Shown piece after piece: positions 9,602-20,795 of a stretch of 60,585 nt of DNA. The stretch lies in the sequence record DRR723986_2358; one strand, written 5' to 3'. Made by a program: the position numbers and the translations under genes. The first letter of the stretch is position 1, and each line of letters begins with the position of its first letter. Below the pieces are notes generated by a model. The model did no database searches and was not told the origin of the DNA. It was given only the letters and a program-made list of their open reading frames with translations.

Positions 9602-12250
9602 TCAGAAGCCACGGCCAAGGGTGAACTGGAAGGCTTCTTCGTCATCGTCCGGGCCGGCATTCAGTGGTTTGGCCAGGCTGAAAGTCATCGGGCCGAAGCC
9701 GGTAATCCAGGTAACTCCGACACCAGCGGAGTAGCGCAGTTCATCCGCGTCGATATCAAAACAGTTGATCTGGTTCACCGAGCAGTTGGTGTTGAACACG
9801 TTGCCGGCGTCAATGAAGAAAGCCGAGCGCAATTTGCTGCGGTCCTTGATGAAAGGCAACGGGAACAGCAGCTCGATACTGCCTTCCACCAGCACGTTGC
9901 CACCAAAGGGATCCGGATCGTCGTTGAGCGTGGAAACACCGATCTTGCCGGTGGCCGGATTGACCACATAGCCGAAGCTGTCGCCGTTCGGGCCGCCTAC
10001 CTGGGTGGGATTGCCGTTTTCGTCGATCCCGGTGACCGGCTGGTCGATTGCATACAGCTCCGCCGGGGTACTGCGCGGGCCCAGGGTATTACTTTCGAAT
10101 CCGCGAACCGAGCCGAAGCCGCCGGCGAAGAAGTGCTCGTAAAACGGCAGTTCGGTGGTGTCGGCGTAGCCGTCGCCATAACCCAATTCGGTACGGAAAT
10201 GCAGGGTCCACTCATTGAACACCGGCAGGAACAGCTCGCCACGATAGGTCAACTTGTAGAATTCCAGATCCGAGCCCGGGACCGCCACTTCCAGTGCAAC
10301 CGACTGAGACGCACCGCGGGTAGCCAGACGGCCCCGGTTCAGCGTGGACTGGGTCCAGCTGCCGGTGATCGTAAAGTTGAGGAATTCGTCCCCATTTTCA
10401 TCGAGGAACCCGGGCTCCGGCGGGATGGTCAGTGCATCCAGCGGGATATCGGTGATGGGGAGCAACTCCTCCACATCCGCATAGGTCCCGTCGATCTGCC
10501 GGGTGCTCTCGTAGTAGAAGTCGACGCCTTCGGTCAGCCGGGGGCTGGCCTTGATCTCCTGAACCGCGAAACGACCGGCGGTAATCTCGGTATTGGACAC
10601 CCCGAAACTGAAGCCGAGACGCTCCGTCTCCTTGATCGGGTAACCGAAGTTGAGGGCGGCACCCAGGGTGTCTGTGGTGTAGCTCGCGACATTCACTTCC
10701 GACAGGTCGGTGGACCGGTAGAACACGTTAAAGCCACGGCTCACCCCATCCTCGGTGAAATAGGGGTTGGTGTAGCTGAAGTTATACAGATCCTGGTACT
10801 TGGAGGTATTGAGGCCAACACCTACCCGGCGTCCGGTACCGAGGAAGTTGTCCTGCTGCAGATTCAGGCCGAGGATCAGGCCGGCATCCTGGGCGTAACC
10901 GAAGCTGGCGCCGATGCTGCCGGAGGACTGCTCCTCAACCTCGAACTCAACGTCGATCAGGTCGTCGTGCCCGGGTACCTCGGGCGTTTCCACCGTGGCC
11001 CTTGAGAAATAGCCCAGCCGTTCCAGGCGTACCCGGCTCTGCTCGATAGCGGCCGCGGAAGCCGGCGCACTTTCCATCTGGCGCATCTCGCGCCGCAGCA
11101 CGTCATCAGCGGTCTTCATGTTGCCCTTGAAGCTGATCCGACGCACATAGGTGCGCTTGCCCGGATCGACAAAGAATTTCATGCCGACGGTGCTGTCTTC
11201 TTCATTGATCTCCGGGATGCCGGTCACCTTGGCGAAGTTGTAGCCCTCGTTACCCAGGCGTCGGGTGAGATAATCCTCGGTGGCAGTCACCAGCTGCTGG
11301 GAGAAAACCTGCCCTTCGGACACCAGCAGGAAACGGCTGAGGTCGGACTCCGGCAGCACCAGGTCACCCGACAGGCCCACCGAGCTGACCGTGAATTTCT
11401 CGCCCTCGGTCACGTTCGCGGTGATGTACACCTCTTCCTTGTTCGGCGACACCGATACCTGGGTAGAATCGATACTGAACTGCAGGTAGCCGCGATCCAT
11501 GTAGTGGGAGGTCAGGGTTTCCAGGTCGCCGGTCAGCTTCTCGCGGGAATACTTGTCATCGTTGGTAAAGAAAGACAGCCAGCCGGTCGTCCGCAGCTCG
11601 AATATCTCGGTCAGGTCTTCATCACTGAACACCTCGTTGCCTACCACGTTGATATGCTTGATGGCCGCCACCGTGCCCTCGTCGACGTCGATATTGATCG
11701 ACACCCGGTTGCGTGGCTCGGGCAAGACTTCAGTCTCGATATTCGCGTCATAACGCCCCTGCTGCACGTACTGGCGCTGCAATTCCAGCTGCATACCCTC
11801 GAGGGTCGAACGCTGGAATACCTGGCCTACGGCCAGCCCGGCACCCTTCAGGCCATCCAGCAAGGCTTCGGTCTCGATGGCCTTGTTACCTTCGATATTG
11901 ATTTCGCTGATGCTGGGCCGTTCCGTAACCATGATTACCAGCACGTTGCCGTCGCGACCAATACGAACGTCGTCGAAATTGCCGGTGTAGAACAGGTTAC
12001 GGATAGAGGCGCGGACCGCGTCCTGGTTGATCACATCGCCCACGCCAACCGGCATCGCGGCGAACACGCTGCCGGCGGAGATCCGCTGCAGCCCCTCGAC
12101 CCGGATATCCGAGACCACGAAACTTTCGCCCTGTGCCTGGATACCCGGGGCAAGGACCGCGAGCAGCAGTGCAATAACAATGCCGCAACGGAATGAACCG
12201 GACGCACGCCCGGAACCGGAAATGAACTTGATCACCTTGGATTCAACCAC
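9602..12250 (-). CDS. bamA: outer membrane protein assembly factor BamA
   Basis: DIRVEGLQRI POTRA1 start, POTRA repeats, FAGGFGSVRGF loop-6 motif, C-terminal Phe; exact start codon uncertain. Confidence 0.96.
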   Translation of the reverse strand: MVESKVIKFISGSGRASGSFRCGIVIALLLAVLAPGIQAQGESFVVSDIRVEGLQRISAGSVFAAMPVGVGDVINQDAVRASIRNLFYTGNFDDVRIGRDGNVLVIMVTERPSISEINIEGNKAIETEALLDGLKGAGLAVGQVFQRSTLEGMQLELQRQYVQQGRYDANIETEVLPEPRNRVSINIDVDEGTVAAIKHINVVGNEVFSDEDLTEIFELRTTGWLSFFTNDDKYSREKLTGDLETLTSHYMDRGYLQFSIDSTQVSVSPNKEEVYITANVTEGEKFTVSSVGLSGDLVLPESDLSRFLLVSEGQVFSQQLVTATEDYLTRRLGNEGYNFAKVTGIPEINEEDSTVGMKFFVDPGKRTYVRRISFKGNMKTADDVLRREMRQMESAPASAAAIEQSRVRLERLGYFSRATVETPEVPGHDDLIDVEFEVEEQSSGSIGASFGYAQDAGLILGLNLQQDNFLGTGRRVGVGLNTSKYQDLYNFSYTNPYFTEDGVSRGFNVFYRSTDLSEVNVASYTTDTLGAALNFGYPIKETERLGFSFGVSNTEITAGRFAVQEIKASPRLTEGVDFYYESTRQIDGTYADVEELLPITDIPLDALTIPPEPGFLDENGDEFLNFTITGSWTQSTLNRGRLATRGASQSVALEVAVPGSDLEFYKLTYRGELFLPVFNEWTLHFRTELGYGDGYADTTELPFYEHFFAGGFGSVRGFESNTLGPRSTPAELYAIDQPVTGIDENGNPTQVGGPNGDSFGYVVNPATGKIGVSTLNDDPDPFGGNVLVEGSIELLFPLPFIKDRSKLRSAFFIDAGNVFNTNCSVNQINCFDIDADELRYSAGVGVTWITGFGPMTFSLAKPLNAGPDDDEEAFQFTLGRGF

Positions 12251-12310
12251 TACCTGTGCCTGCCAGCACCCTAGTCTCGTGTTATTACTTATTGTCCCGG
12301 ACCGCCGGTT

Positions 12311-13663
12311 TTAGAGCCGCGCGATATCGTTGTACAGGGCCAGCATCATGATTCCCAGAATAAGGAACAACCCCATCTGGTAACCCATCGCCTGTATTTT
12401 CTCAGGTACGGGACGCCCGGCCAAGAGTTCTACCGTGTAATACAGCAAATGGCCGCCATCGAGTACGGGAATCGGCAACAGATTCAGCACCCCGAGGCTG
12501 ATACTCAACAGGGCCAGGAAGCTGATATAGGACTCAAGGCCCGACTTGGCCGATGCGGTCGCCACTTTAGCAATGGTAATAGGACCGCTCAAGTTTTTTG
12601 GCGAGATCAGGCCCTGGATCATTTTCTTGATCGAGTTCAGGGTGAATACGGTGAGATCCCCGGTGCGGGTGAGGCTGGCGCCAAGCGCAGCCAGCGGGCC
12701 ACGCTCAAACCGCCGGATCATCTGGGCCGGCATTTCCGGCGCTACCACGCCCATACCGACCCGCCCGAAGCTCTCACCTTCCTGGCTGACCCGTTCCGGG
12801 GTGATTACCGTCGTGAAGACCGAGCCGCCGCGTTCATAGGCCACCGTAATCGCCTCATCCGGGCGGGCCCGCACATAATTCACCCAGTCCATCCACTGCG
12901 GCATCGCGATACCATCGGCCTGCAGGACCAGGTCACCCGCCGCCAGACCAGCCCGCTCGGCTGCCCCCCCGGACACCACCTGGTCGATCAGGGGCGGCAC
13001 CGCCGGGGTATAGATACTGATGCCGAGGCCGCCCAGCAGGTCAGGCTCCTCCTGCTCGGAAAGCCAGCGGTCAAGGACCGCGTGGGATTCGTAAACGACA
13101 TCCGACTCGGGGTATTTGACCGCAAAGCTGATTTCGCCGCTGTCGCCGATCCGGTCCAGCAGGCGGAAACTGAGCGCCTGCCAGGTCGGCGTGTCGCGCC
13201 CGTCTACCGCAACGATTTCCTGACCTGGTTCCAGGCCGGCTATTTCGGCTACTGAGCCCGGTTTGACCTCGCCAACCACCGGCGCATAGCCGCTTTCCCC
13301 GGCCAGGAACAGGGCCCAGAAAGCGACAATCGCCAGAATGAAATTGGCCAGCGGACCCGCCGCGACCACCGCGATACGCTGCAGCACCGGCTTGCGATTG
13401 AAGGCCTGGGAGAGTTCACCCGCTGCCACCTCACCCTCGCGCTCGTCGAGCATCTTCACGTAACCGCCCAGCGGGATGGCAGCGACCACAAACTCGGTGC
13501 CATTGCGATCAACCCGGGACCACAGCGGCTTGCCGAAACCGATCGAAAAGCGGAGTACCTTCACCCCGCAGCGACGCGCAACCCAGTAGTGACCGAATTC
13601 GTGCACAGTCACCAGCACCGCCAGGGTGAGCACCGTTATCGCCAGTGTGTTGACCAGATCCAT
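12311..13663 (-). CDS. rseP: RIP metalloprotease RseP
   Basis: HEFGH, IPLGGYVKM, two PDZ-like regions, NLLPIPVLDGGH. Start trimmed to ATG 13663 to avoid overlap with dxr. Confidence 0.96.
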   Translation of the reverse strand: MDLVNTLAITVLTLAVLVTVHEFGHYWVARRCGVKVLRFSIGFGKPLWSRVDRNGTEFVVAAIPLGGYVKMLDEREGEVAAGELSQAFNRKPVLQRIAVVAAGPLANFILAIVAFWALFLAGESGYAPVVGEVKPGSVAEIAGLEPGQEIVAVDGRDTPTWQALSFRLLDRIGDSGEISFAVKYPESDVVYESHAVLDRWLSEQEEPDLLGGLGISIYTPAVPPLIDQVVSGGAAERAGLAAGDLVLQADGIAMPQWMDWVNYVRARPDEAITVAYERGGSVFTTVITPERVSQEGESFGRVGMGVVAPEMPAQMIRRFERGPLAALGASLTRTGDLTVFTLNSIKKMIQGLISPKNLSGPITIAKVATASAKSGLESYISFLALLSISLGVLNLLPIPVLDGGHLLYYTVELLAGRPVPEKIQAMGYQMGLFLILGIMMLALYNDIARL

Positions 13664-13670
13664 CAGTCGT

Positions 13671-14882
13671 TCAGCCCCGTGCGACCCCTGTGTTGCCAGC
13701 ATCGCCAGCGATGATTTCAGCGGCCATGCGCCGGCCGTCCACGTCCGCCTGTTCGACCACAGCCAGGCTGGTCGGTTCAACTGAAGCAACCCGCTCCAGG
13801 CTCTGCTCGATCACCTGCGGAATATCCGTGAAGGCGATCGCCCCCTCGAGGAAGGCCGCAACCGCCACCTCGTTGGCCGCGTTACACACCGCCATCGCGG
13901 TGCCCCCGGCGACCACGGCCTCGCGTGCCAGCCGCAGGCAGGGAAAACGCTGTTCATCCGGCGCCTCAAAATCGAGCCGGGCGGTGGCGACCATATCCAA
14001 TGGCGCGACCCCGGACTCCAGGCGCTCAGGCCAGCCGAGGCCGTAGGCTATGGGCGTGCGCATATCCGGGTTGCCAAGTTGGGCGAGCACGGAGCCATCG
14101 GCATATTGCACCATCGAATGAATAATGCTCTGGGGGTGAACAACCACTTCCACCTGCTCAGGCGCGAGGTCAAACAACCAGCAGGCCTCAATAATCTCCA
14201 GCCCCTTGTTCATCATGCTGGCGGAATCCACCGATATCTTGCGCCCCATGGACCAATTCGGGTGAGCGCAGGCCTGGTCGGGGCTGGCCGTCCGCATCTG
14301 CTCGAGACTCCAGCTGCGAAATGGCCCACCAGAGGCAGTCAGCAGCACCCGGTTGACCCCGTCGAGACCCGGACGAGAGCTGGCAGAGGCGGGCAAGCAC
14401 TGGAAAATCGCATTGTGCTCACTGTCGATTGGCAGCAGTTCGGCACCACTGTCCCTCACCGCCTGCATGAACAGGTGGCCGGCCATCACCAGCGATTCCT
14501 TGTTGGCGAGCAGCACCCGCTTGCCGGCGGCGGCTGCCGCCAGTGCCGACGGCAAGCCTGCGGAACCCACGATGGCGGCCATGACCGCATCCACCTCGGC
14601 GGCACTGGCCACCTGGCGCAAGCCCTCTTCACCCTGCAACACCCGGGTCGGCAGGGCGTCCGGGAGCCGGGATTCGAGTTCAGCAGCCGCGTCCGCACAC
14701 ATCATGACCGCAAATTCGGGCTGGTGCTGTAGGCACTGGGCCAGCAGGGCATCAACCGAGCGATTGGCCGCCAGGGCAAACACCCGGAACCGGTCCGGAT
14801 GCCGGGCAATCACGTCGAGGGTACTGACTCCGATAGAGCCGGTAGAACCCAGCACGGTGACCGCACGCACCTGGCCGGGCAT
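13671..14882 (-). CDS. dxr: 1-deoxy-D-xylulose-5-phosphate reductoisomerase
   Basis: [43 protein letters not shown]. Confidence 0.97.
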   Translation of the reverse strand: MPGQVRAVTVLGSTGSIGVSTLDVIARHPDRFRVFALAANRSVDALLAQCLQHQPEFAVMMCADAAAELESRLPDALPTRVLQGEEGLRQVASAAEVDAVMAAIVGSAGLPSALAAAAAGKRVLLANKESLVMAGHLFMQAVRDSGAELLPIDSEHNAIFQCLPASASSRPGLDGVNRVLLTASGGPFRSWSLEQMRTASPDQACAHPNWSMGRKISVDSASMMNKGLEIIEACWLFDLAPEQVEVVVHPQSIIHSMVQYADGSVLAQLGNPDMRTPIAYGLGWPERLESGVAPLDMVATARLDFEAPDEQRFPCLRLAREAVVAGGTAMAVCNAANEVAVAAFLEGAIAFTDIPQVIEQSLERVASVEPTSLAVVEQADVDGRRMAAEIIAGDAGNTGVARG

Positions 14883-14883
14883 C

Positions 14884-15720
14884 TCAGTAGCCCGCCAGAA
14901 TCAGGCCCAGTGCGAACACCGGCGTGGCGCCACACAAGCTGTCCAGGCGATCCAGCAGGCCACCGTGCCCGGGCAGCAGTGAACCGCTGTCTTTCAACCC
15001 GCTCTCGCGCTTGACCATACTGACGGTGAGATCACCAACCACTGATGCCAGCGCCGTGGCTACCGCTATCGCCAGCACGGCGATCAAACCGAGATGATCG
15101 AACTGCGGCGGCAACAGGGACCAGATGATCGCCGCTATCGCTACGGCACTCAAAACCCCTCCCCAGAAGCCTTCCCAGGTCTTGGCCGGGCTCACGTCCG
15201 GGGCCAGTTTGTGCTTACCAAAAGCCTTGCCGGTGAAATAAGCGCCGATATCTGCGGCGGCGACCAGCAAGACAACCACCACCATCAATGCGCCACCCCG
15301 GGGGAAAGACAGCAGGAATACCGCCGCCAGCCAGGCGAAGGCCAGCACCAGGATACCCATCAGGCTGCGCATGGGCAGCGTGCGCCAGATGACTGCACTG
15401 CCTGGGTAACTCTTGACCCAGAGCAAGGCGAAAGACCACCACAGGCACGCCAGGCCGAGGAACGGCTGGACCTGCTCCACCGCCGGGTTGGCACCCAGGT
15501 CACAGTACACGTAGAAACCGGCCATGATTGCCAGCAGCAGCACCGGGTACAGTGCCCTGACCGGCGTCGGTCGCCAACCGGAAAGGTGGGCCCATTCCCA
15601 GCCACCCATCGCGACGACCAGGCCGAATGCCGCGGCCAGGGGTGCCAGGGGCAGAAACAGGACCGCCGCCAGAAACAGCGCCGCCATGGTCAAACCCGTG
15701 ATGATCCGCTGCTTAAGCAT
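14884..15720 (-). CDS. cdsA: phosphatidate cytidylyltransferase
   Basis: MLKQRIIT start at ATG 15720, [27 protein letters not shown]. Confidence 0.96.
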   Translation of the reverse strand: MLKQRIITGLTMAALFLAAVLFLPLAPLAAAFGLVVAMGGWEWAHLSGWRPTPVRALYPVLLLAIMAGFYVYCDLGANPAVEQVQPFLGLACLWWSFALLWVKSYPGSAVIWRTLPMRSLMGILVLAFAWLAAVFLLSFPRGGALMVVVVLLVAAADIGAYFTGKAFGKHKLAPDVSPAKTWEGFWGGVLSAVAIAAIIWSLLPPQFDHLGLIAVLAIAVATALASVVGDLTVSMVKRESGLKDSGSLLPGHGGLLDRLDSLCGATPVFALGLILAGY

Positions 15721-16492
15721 CCTCTCCCCCGGCCACGATGCCGTCCGGTTCCCGCAAGCCGAATCGCCGCTCCCGGCGGCGATAATCCGACAGGGCGCGA
15801 GCGAACTCCAGTTCGCCAAAATCCGGCCAGAGGGTGGGGGTAAAATAAAGTTCGCTGTAGGCGCATTGCCAGAGCATGAAATTACTGATGCGGGCGTCCC
15901 CGCCGGTCCGTATGCACAGGTCGGGCTTGGGCAGGTCACTGATCGACAGGTGCTGATCGAGCAGGTCCACATTAATATCGTCGGGGGCCAGCGCCCCGGT
16001 CCGAACCTGTTCGGCCAGTTCGCGTGCGGCACGGGCGATGTCCCACTGGCCGCCGTAATCGACCGCGATCACTACCGTCGCCTCGGTATTGCCTGCGGTC
16101 AGGGCCTCAGAATGCTGCATGAGGCGCTGCAGGCGCTCGCTGAACCGGCGGCGCTCGCCGATGAACCGGAGACGGATGCCATCGCGGTGTAGTTCCTTCA
16201 CCTCGTTACGCAGGTAGCGAGACAGCAGCGCAAGCAGCGCCCTGACTTCCGGCTGCGGTCGACCCCAGTTCTCACTGCTGAAGGCGAACAGGGTGAGCAC
16301 CTCGATGCCGTGGGACTTGCAGGCGCGCAGCACACCGCGGACGGCCTCTACCCCGGCACGATGCCCCGCTGGCCCGGGGAGCTTGTGCTTACGGGCCCAG
16401 CGATTATTGCCATCCATGATGATGGCGACGTGGCGCGGTACCAGTTGCTTTGCCTCGGCACGCTGTGCAGCTTGATTATCGGAATCAGCCAT
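15713..16492 (-). CDS. uppS: undecaprenyl diphosphate synthase
   Basis: HVAIIMDGNNRWA, FAFSSENWGRP, IRTGGDARISNFMLWQ, RERRFG. Confidence 0.97.
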   Translation of the reverse strand: MADSDNQAAQRAEAKQLVPRHVAIIMDGNNRWARKHKLPGPAGHRAGVEAVRGVLRACKSHGIEVLTLFAFSSENWGRPQPEVRALLALLSRYLRNEVKELHRDGIRLRFIGERRRFSERLQRLMQHSEALTAGNTEATVVIAVDYGGQWDIARAARELAEQVRTGALAPDDINVDLLDQHLSISDLPKPDLCIRTGGDARISNFMLWQCAYSELYFTPTLWPDFGELEFARALSDYRRRERRFGLREPDGIVAGGEDA

Positions 16493-16504
16493 CAGGTAGC
16501 CGGA

Positions 16505-17062
16505 TCAGATTTCCATCAAATCGGCTTCCTTGTCGGCAAGCATTTTTTCCACCCGGCCGACATAGCCATCGGTCAATTTCTGCACCGCTTCCTGGCCGCG
16601 GCGCTCATCGTCTTCGCTGATGTCCTTGTCCTTGACCAGGTCCTTGAGCATCTGCATGGCATCGCGGCGGGCGTTGCGCACCGACACCCTGGCGGCTTCC
16701 GCCTCACTGCGGGCCTGGCGGATATACCCCTTCCGGGTCTCCTCGGTCAGGGCGGGCATGGGTATCCGGATCACCTCGCCGGCGGTCGCCGGGTTGAGCC
16801 CGAGATCGGACTTCATGATGGCGCGTTCGACATCCTGGATCATCGACTTGTCCCACACCGTCAGGGTCAACGTCCGCGCATCCTCGACATTGACGTTCGC
16901 CACCTGGTTCAGCGGGGTCTCAGAGCCGTAATAGCTCACCTTGATCCCATCGAGCAGACTGGGGTGGGCGCGCCCGGTACGGATCCTGTTGAAATTATGC
17001 GCCAGCGCGTCGAGGCTCTTTTCCATACGCTCGGCGGCATCATTTTTTACATCATCAATCAC
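16505..17062 (-). CDS. frr: ribosome recycling factor
   Basis: [36 protein letters not shown] before GTG. Confidence 0.97.
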   Translation of the reverse strand: MIDDVKNDAAERMEKSLDALAHNFNRIRTGRAHPSLLDGIKVSYYGSETPLNQVANVNVEDARTLTLTVWDKSMIQDVERAIMKSDLGLNPATAGEVIRIPMPALTEETRKGYIRQARSEAEAARVSVRNARRDAMQMLKDLVKDKDISEDDERRGQEAVQKLTDGYVGRVEKMLADKEADLMEI

Positions 17063-17087
17063 TGCATTTTCCTCCTCGGCAGCGGGA

Positions 17088-17813
17088 TCATTCGATCAGC
17101 GTCCCGTCGTTACCTCCCCGCACAATAGTCAGCAGGGCTCCCTGTTTTTCCATCTTGAATACGCGCACCGGCATGTTGTGATCCCGACACAGGCAGATAG
17201 CTGTCAGGTCCATCACTTCCAGCTTCCTGTCCAGCACCTCATCGTAGGTCAGGCGCTCGTAGCGGATGGCATCGGGCACCTTCATCGGGTCGGCGGAATA
17301 CACCCCGTCTACCTTGGTGGCCTTCAGCACCAGGTCGGCATCGACCTCGATACCGCGCAGGCAGGCTGAAGAATCGGTAGTAAAGAAGGGGTTACCGGTA
17401 CCGGCGCTGAAAATAACCACATCGCCGTTGCTCAGGGCCCGGATGGCCTTGCGCCGGTCATAGTGATCAACCACGCCGCTCATCGGGATGGACGACATGA
17501 CCTGGGTCGCGATATTGGACCGCTCCAGGGCATCGCGCAGGGCCAGGGCGTTCATCACCGTCGCCAGCATCCCCATGTGATCCCCGGTTACCCGGTCCAG
17601 GCCGGCTGCCTGCAGGGCTGCCCCGCGAAACAGGTTGCCACCGCCAACTACCAGGCCAACCTGCACCCCGATGCCCACCAGCTGGCCGATCTCCAGCGCC
17701 ATCTGGTCGAGAATCCTCGGGTCGATGCCAAAACTCTCGCTCCCGGTGAGTGCCTCACCACTGAGTTTGAGCAGGATACGCTTGTACTTTTTGTCCGTTG
17801 TGGACTGAACCAT
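17088..17813 (-). CDS. pyrH: uridylate kinase
   Basis: [32 protein letters not shown]. Start trimmed to ATG 17813, which follows a GGAGG RBS. Confidence 0.97.
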   Translation of the reverse strand: MVQSTTDKKYKRILLKLSGEALTGSESFGIDPRILDQMALEIGQLVGIGVQVGLVVGGGNLFRGAALQAAGLDRVTGDHMGMLATVMNALALRDALERSNIATQVMSSIPMSGVVDHYDRRKAIRALSNGDVVIFSAGTGNPFFTTDSSACLRGIEVDADLVLKATKVDGVYSADPMKVPDAIRYERLTYDEVLDRKLEVMDLTAICLCRDHNMPVRVFKMEKQGALLTIVRGGNDGTLIE

Positions 17814-17912
17814 GGTGATGACCTCCGGAACAGGGGCGTATCTTACAGGACATTCCGCCGCCACCCTAGAGTCAAAGGCCGACCCCGGCGAGCCGGTCAC
17901 GGCCTGGCGGCC

Positions 17913-17941
17913 AAAAAAAAACGGGGCAGCAGCCCCGTTTT
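17913..17941 (-). terminator. intrinsic terminator after tsf
   Basis: Minus strand AAAACGGGGC-TGCT-GCCCCG followed by a run of 9 T, 15 nt after the tsf stop. Confidence 0.85.
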
Positions 17942-17956
17942 CCTCACTTTGTCGTA

Positions 17957-18814
17957 TCAGCCGCGAAGCTGCGCCGCGACTTCCGCCGCGAAGTCGACCT
18001 GTTCTACCTCGATGCCCTCACCCACTTCAAAGCGCACGAATGAGATCACCTCAGCACCGGCAGCTGCAACCAGCTTGCCAACCGTGATTTCGGGGTCCTT
18101 GACGAAGGCCTGCTCAACCAGGCTGTTCTCGGCCAGGAATTTCTTGACCCGACCGCCGATCATTTTCTCGATGATCTCAGCCGGCTTGCCGGATTCCTGG
18201 GCCTGCGCCGTGTAGATTTCCTTCTCCTTCTCGATCAGTTCCGCCGGCATATGATCCGGGGACACAACCTGGGGATTGACCGCGGCAACGTGCATGGCAA
18301 CGTCGCGGGCCAGGTCCTGGTCGCCGCCCTTGAGCTCGACCAACACCGCGATGCGGTTATTGCCGTGCACATAGGAACCCACAACGCCCGCGTCAGCGCT
18401 GACCTGCGCGATCCGGCGCACGCCGATGTTTTCGCCGATCTTCTGCACCAGCGCCTCTCGCGCCGACTCAAGTTCACCGGCCATCACTGCTGCAACGTCT
18501 GTTTGACGCTGATCAAATGCCGCGGTCACCACGCTGTCGACGAACGCGAGGAAGCTGGCATCGCGGGCGACAAAATCGGTTTCACTGTTCACTTCTACTA
18601 CCACGGCAAAACTGCCGTCTTCGGCAACGCGGGACGCAACCACGCCGTCAGCCGCGGTGCGACCCGCCTTCTTGGCGGCCTTCATACCGCTGGATTTGCG
18701 CAGTTCCTCGATCGCCTGCTCGACGTCGCCATCAGCGGCCGCCAGGGCTTTTTTGCACTCCAGCAGGCCCAGGCCGGTGCGTTCGCGTAACTCTTTAACC
18801 AATGCTGCAGACAT
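17957..18814 (-). CDS. tsf: elongation factor Ts
   Basis: [31 protein letters not shown]. Confidence 0.98.
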   Translation of the reverse strand: MSAALVKELRERTGLGLLECKKALAAADGDVEQAIEELRKSSGMKAAKKAGRTAADGVVASRVAEDGSFAVVVEVNSETDFVARDASFLAFVDSVVTAAFDQRQTDVAAVMAGELESAREALVQKIGENIGVRRIAQVSADAGVVGSYVHGNNRIAVLVELKGGDQDLARDVAMHVAAVNPQVVSPDHMPAELIEKEKEIYTAQAQESGKPAEIIEKMIGGRVKKFLAENSLVEQAFVKDPEITVGKLVAAAGAEVISFVRFEVGEGIEVEQVDFAAEVAAQLRG

Positions 18815-18832
18815 GGGTTTTCCTCCTGCTAC

Positions 18833-18919
18833 AACGCCCCAGCAGGGGCGTTAACCTGTATTTGACCCGACGGCGGGAATCACCGACGGGAGAATGATGC
18901 GCTCCCCGGGAGGGGAGCG
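18833..18919 (-). other. two GC-rich hairpins in the rpsB-tsf spacer
   Basis: AACGCCCC-AGCA-GGGGCGTT (18833-18852) and CGCTCCCC-GGGA-GGGGAGCG (18900-18919). Possible attenuation or mRNA-stability elements; no U-tract. Confidence 0.5.
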
Positions 18920-18924
18920 GGGTA

Positions 18925-19713
18925 TTACTCGGCGGCTGGTGCCGCTTCGACTTCAGCCTCGGGTTCGGCTTTCGCCTCTACTTCCGGCGTCTCTTCGACA
19001 AACTCGTCCTTGGCTACGGCAACTTCGCCCGCCTCGGTCTTGCCGGCAAGACAGGCATCAGCCACGGCGCTGACGTACAGCTTGATGGCGCGGATGGCGT
19101 CATCATTACCGGGGATGATGTAGTCGACACCGTCCGGGTTGCTGTTGGTATCGACGATGCCGATAACCGGGATGCCCAGCTTGTTGGCCTCGGTGATGGC
19201 GATCCGCTCATGGTCGACGTCGACTACGAACAGGGCGTCGGGCAGGCCAGCCATATCCTTGATACCGCCGATGCTCCGCTCCAGCTTTTCCATCTGCCGG
19301 GTGCGCATCAGGGCTTCTTTCTTGGTCAGCTTGCTGAAGGTACCGTCGCTTTGCTGGCCTTCCAGCTCGCGCAGACGCTTGATGGAGGCACGGATGGTCT
19401 TGTAATTGGTCAGCATGCCACCCAGCCAGCGATGGCTGACGTAGGGCATACCGGCGCGATCCGCCTGCTCTTTGATGATCTTGCCAGCGGCACGCTTGGT
19501 ACCGACGAACAGAATCTTGTTCTTGCTGCCTGCGAGCCGCTGGACGAATGCCAGGGCGTCATTAAACGCCGGCACCGTGTGCTCGAGGTTGATGATGTGG
19601 ATCTTGTTGCGGGCCCCAAAAATGTACTGGTCCATCTTGGGATTCCAGTAACGGGTCTGGTGCCCGAAGTGTGCGCCTGCCTGCAGCAGGTCGCGCATAC
19701 TTACCTGCGTCAT
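18925..19713 (-). CDS. rpsB: 30S ribosomal protein S2
   Basis: [36 protein letters not shown]. Start trimmed to ATG 19713. Confidence 0.98.
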   Translation of the reverse strand: MTQVSMRDLLQAGAHFGHQTRYWNPKMDQYIFGARNKIHIINLEHTVPAFNDALAFVQRLAGSKNKILFVGTKRAAGKIIKEQADRAGMPYVSHRWLGGMLTNYKTIRASIKRLRELEGQQSDGTFSKLTKKEALMRTRQMEKLERSIGGIKDMAGLPDALFVVDVDHERIAITEANKLGIPVIGIVDTNSNPDGVDYIIPGNDDAIRAIKLYVSAVADACLAGKTEAGEVAVAKDEFVEETPEVEAKAEPEAEVEAAPAAE

Positions 19714-19728
19714 ACTATTCACCTTGTA

Positions 19729-19806
19729 TGGGTTAATCCTCCACATATCCCCGCGACCAAACCGGCCAAAGCCGGCACCCTGGAGCGGGTTGCGATATGT
19801 GTGTGT
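19729..19806 (-). ncRNA. t44 RNA / rpsB leader (S2 autogenous operator)
   Basis: Minus strand ACACACATATCG...CAGGGTGCC...GGGATATGTGGAGGATTAACCC matches the conserved pattern of the gammaproteobacterial rpsB 5' UTR; position directly upstream of rpsB. Confidence 0.85.
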
Positions 19807-19858
19807 CGTTGTTTTCCCGCGCTGTCGGCCGAATCCAGAGATTCCGCCCCTCGCGAGA

Positions 19859-19876
19859 GGCGCGCTTTATACCACA
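19859..19876 (-). promoter_or_regulatory. rpsB promoter: extended -10 plus GC-rich discriminator
   Basis: Minus strand TGTGGTATAAA-GCGCGCC, the conserved gammaproteobacterial rpsB promoter signature. Confidence 0.85.
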
Positions 19877-20021
19877 AAGCCACCCGGCGGGAAAGCCGCG
19901 AGCCTAGGCTGATTATTCATTTTCCGGAGGCTTGCGTTAGAATGTGCCTCCCCCGCCAGTGGCGCGCGCGCCAAAAACCGGGGGATTTTTTTATTTTTCT
20001 ATATTTTTCAAAGGGTTATTG

Positions 20022-20795
20022 ATGTCGGTATCGATCAAGACTGCCGCTGAGCTGGACAAAATGCGGGTTGCGGGGCGGCTTGCGGCCGAGGTGCTGGAAA
20101 TGATCCGGCCCCGGGTCGAGGTTGGCGTGACCACCGGCGAGCTGGACCGCATTTGCCACGAGTACATCACCCGGAACCTGGATGCGATCCCGGCACCGCT
20201 GAATTACCACGGCTTCCCGCGATCTATCTGCACCTCGATCAACGAGGTGGTATGCCACGGGATTCCCTCCGACAGCAAGAAACTGCGCGATGGGGATATC
20301 GTCAACATCGATGTCACAGTCATAAAGGATGGCTACCACGGCGATACCAGCATCATGGTGGAGGTCGGCGATGTCGCCCCGCATGCCCAGCGCCTGATCC
20401 AGGTAACCCAGGAATGCCTGTACCTGGCCCTGGATATCGTCCACCCCGGCACCACCCTGGGCGATATCGGTTACGTCATCCAGCAGCATGCGGAAAAGAA
20501 CTACTACTCCGTGGTGCGGGAATACTGCGGCCACGGCATCGGCAAGGTGTTTCACGAAGATCCGCAGGTACTGCACTACGGGCGCAAGGGCACTGGCATG
20601 ACCCTGGAACCGGGCATGACCTTTACCATCGAACCGATGATCAATGCCGGACGCCGCCATACCAAGCTCAACCAGAAAGACGGCTGGACTGTGACCACGC
20701 GAGACGGCCGCTTGTCCGCACAGTGGGAACACACCATTGCGGTCACCGACGACGGCTGTGAGGTACTCACCCTGCGCAGCGACGAAAGCCGTTGA
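20022..20795 (+). CDS. map: methionine aminopeptidase type I
   Basis: SICTSINEVVCHGIP, DGYHGDTS, YCGHGIG, FTIEPMIN, SAQWEHT. Start trimmed to ATG 20022. Confidence 0.97.
   Translation: MSVSIKTAAELDKMRVAGRLAAEVLEMIRPRVEVGVTTGELDRICHEYITRNLDAIPAPLNYHGFPRSICTSINEVVCHGIPSDSKKLRDGDIVNIDVTVIKDGYHGDTSIMVEVGDVAPHAQRLIQVTQECLYLALDIVHPGTTLGDIGYVIQQHAEKNYYSVVREYCGHGIGKVFHEDPQVLHYGRKGTGMTLEPGMTFTIEPMINAGRRHTKLNQKDGWTVTTRDGRLSAQWEHTIAVTDDGCEVLTLRSDESR

Noticed and set aside
17913..17921. Poly-A9 tract as a possible phase-variation site
   Set aside because: Explained as the U-tract of the tsf terminator on the minus strand
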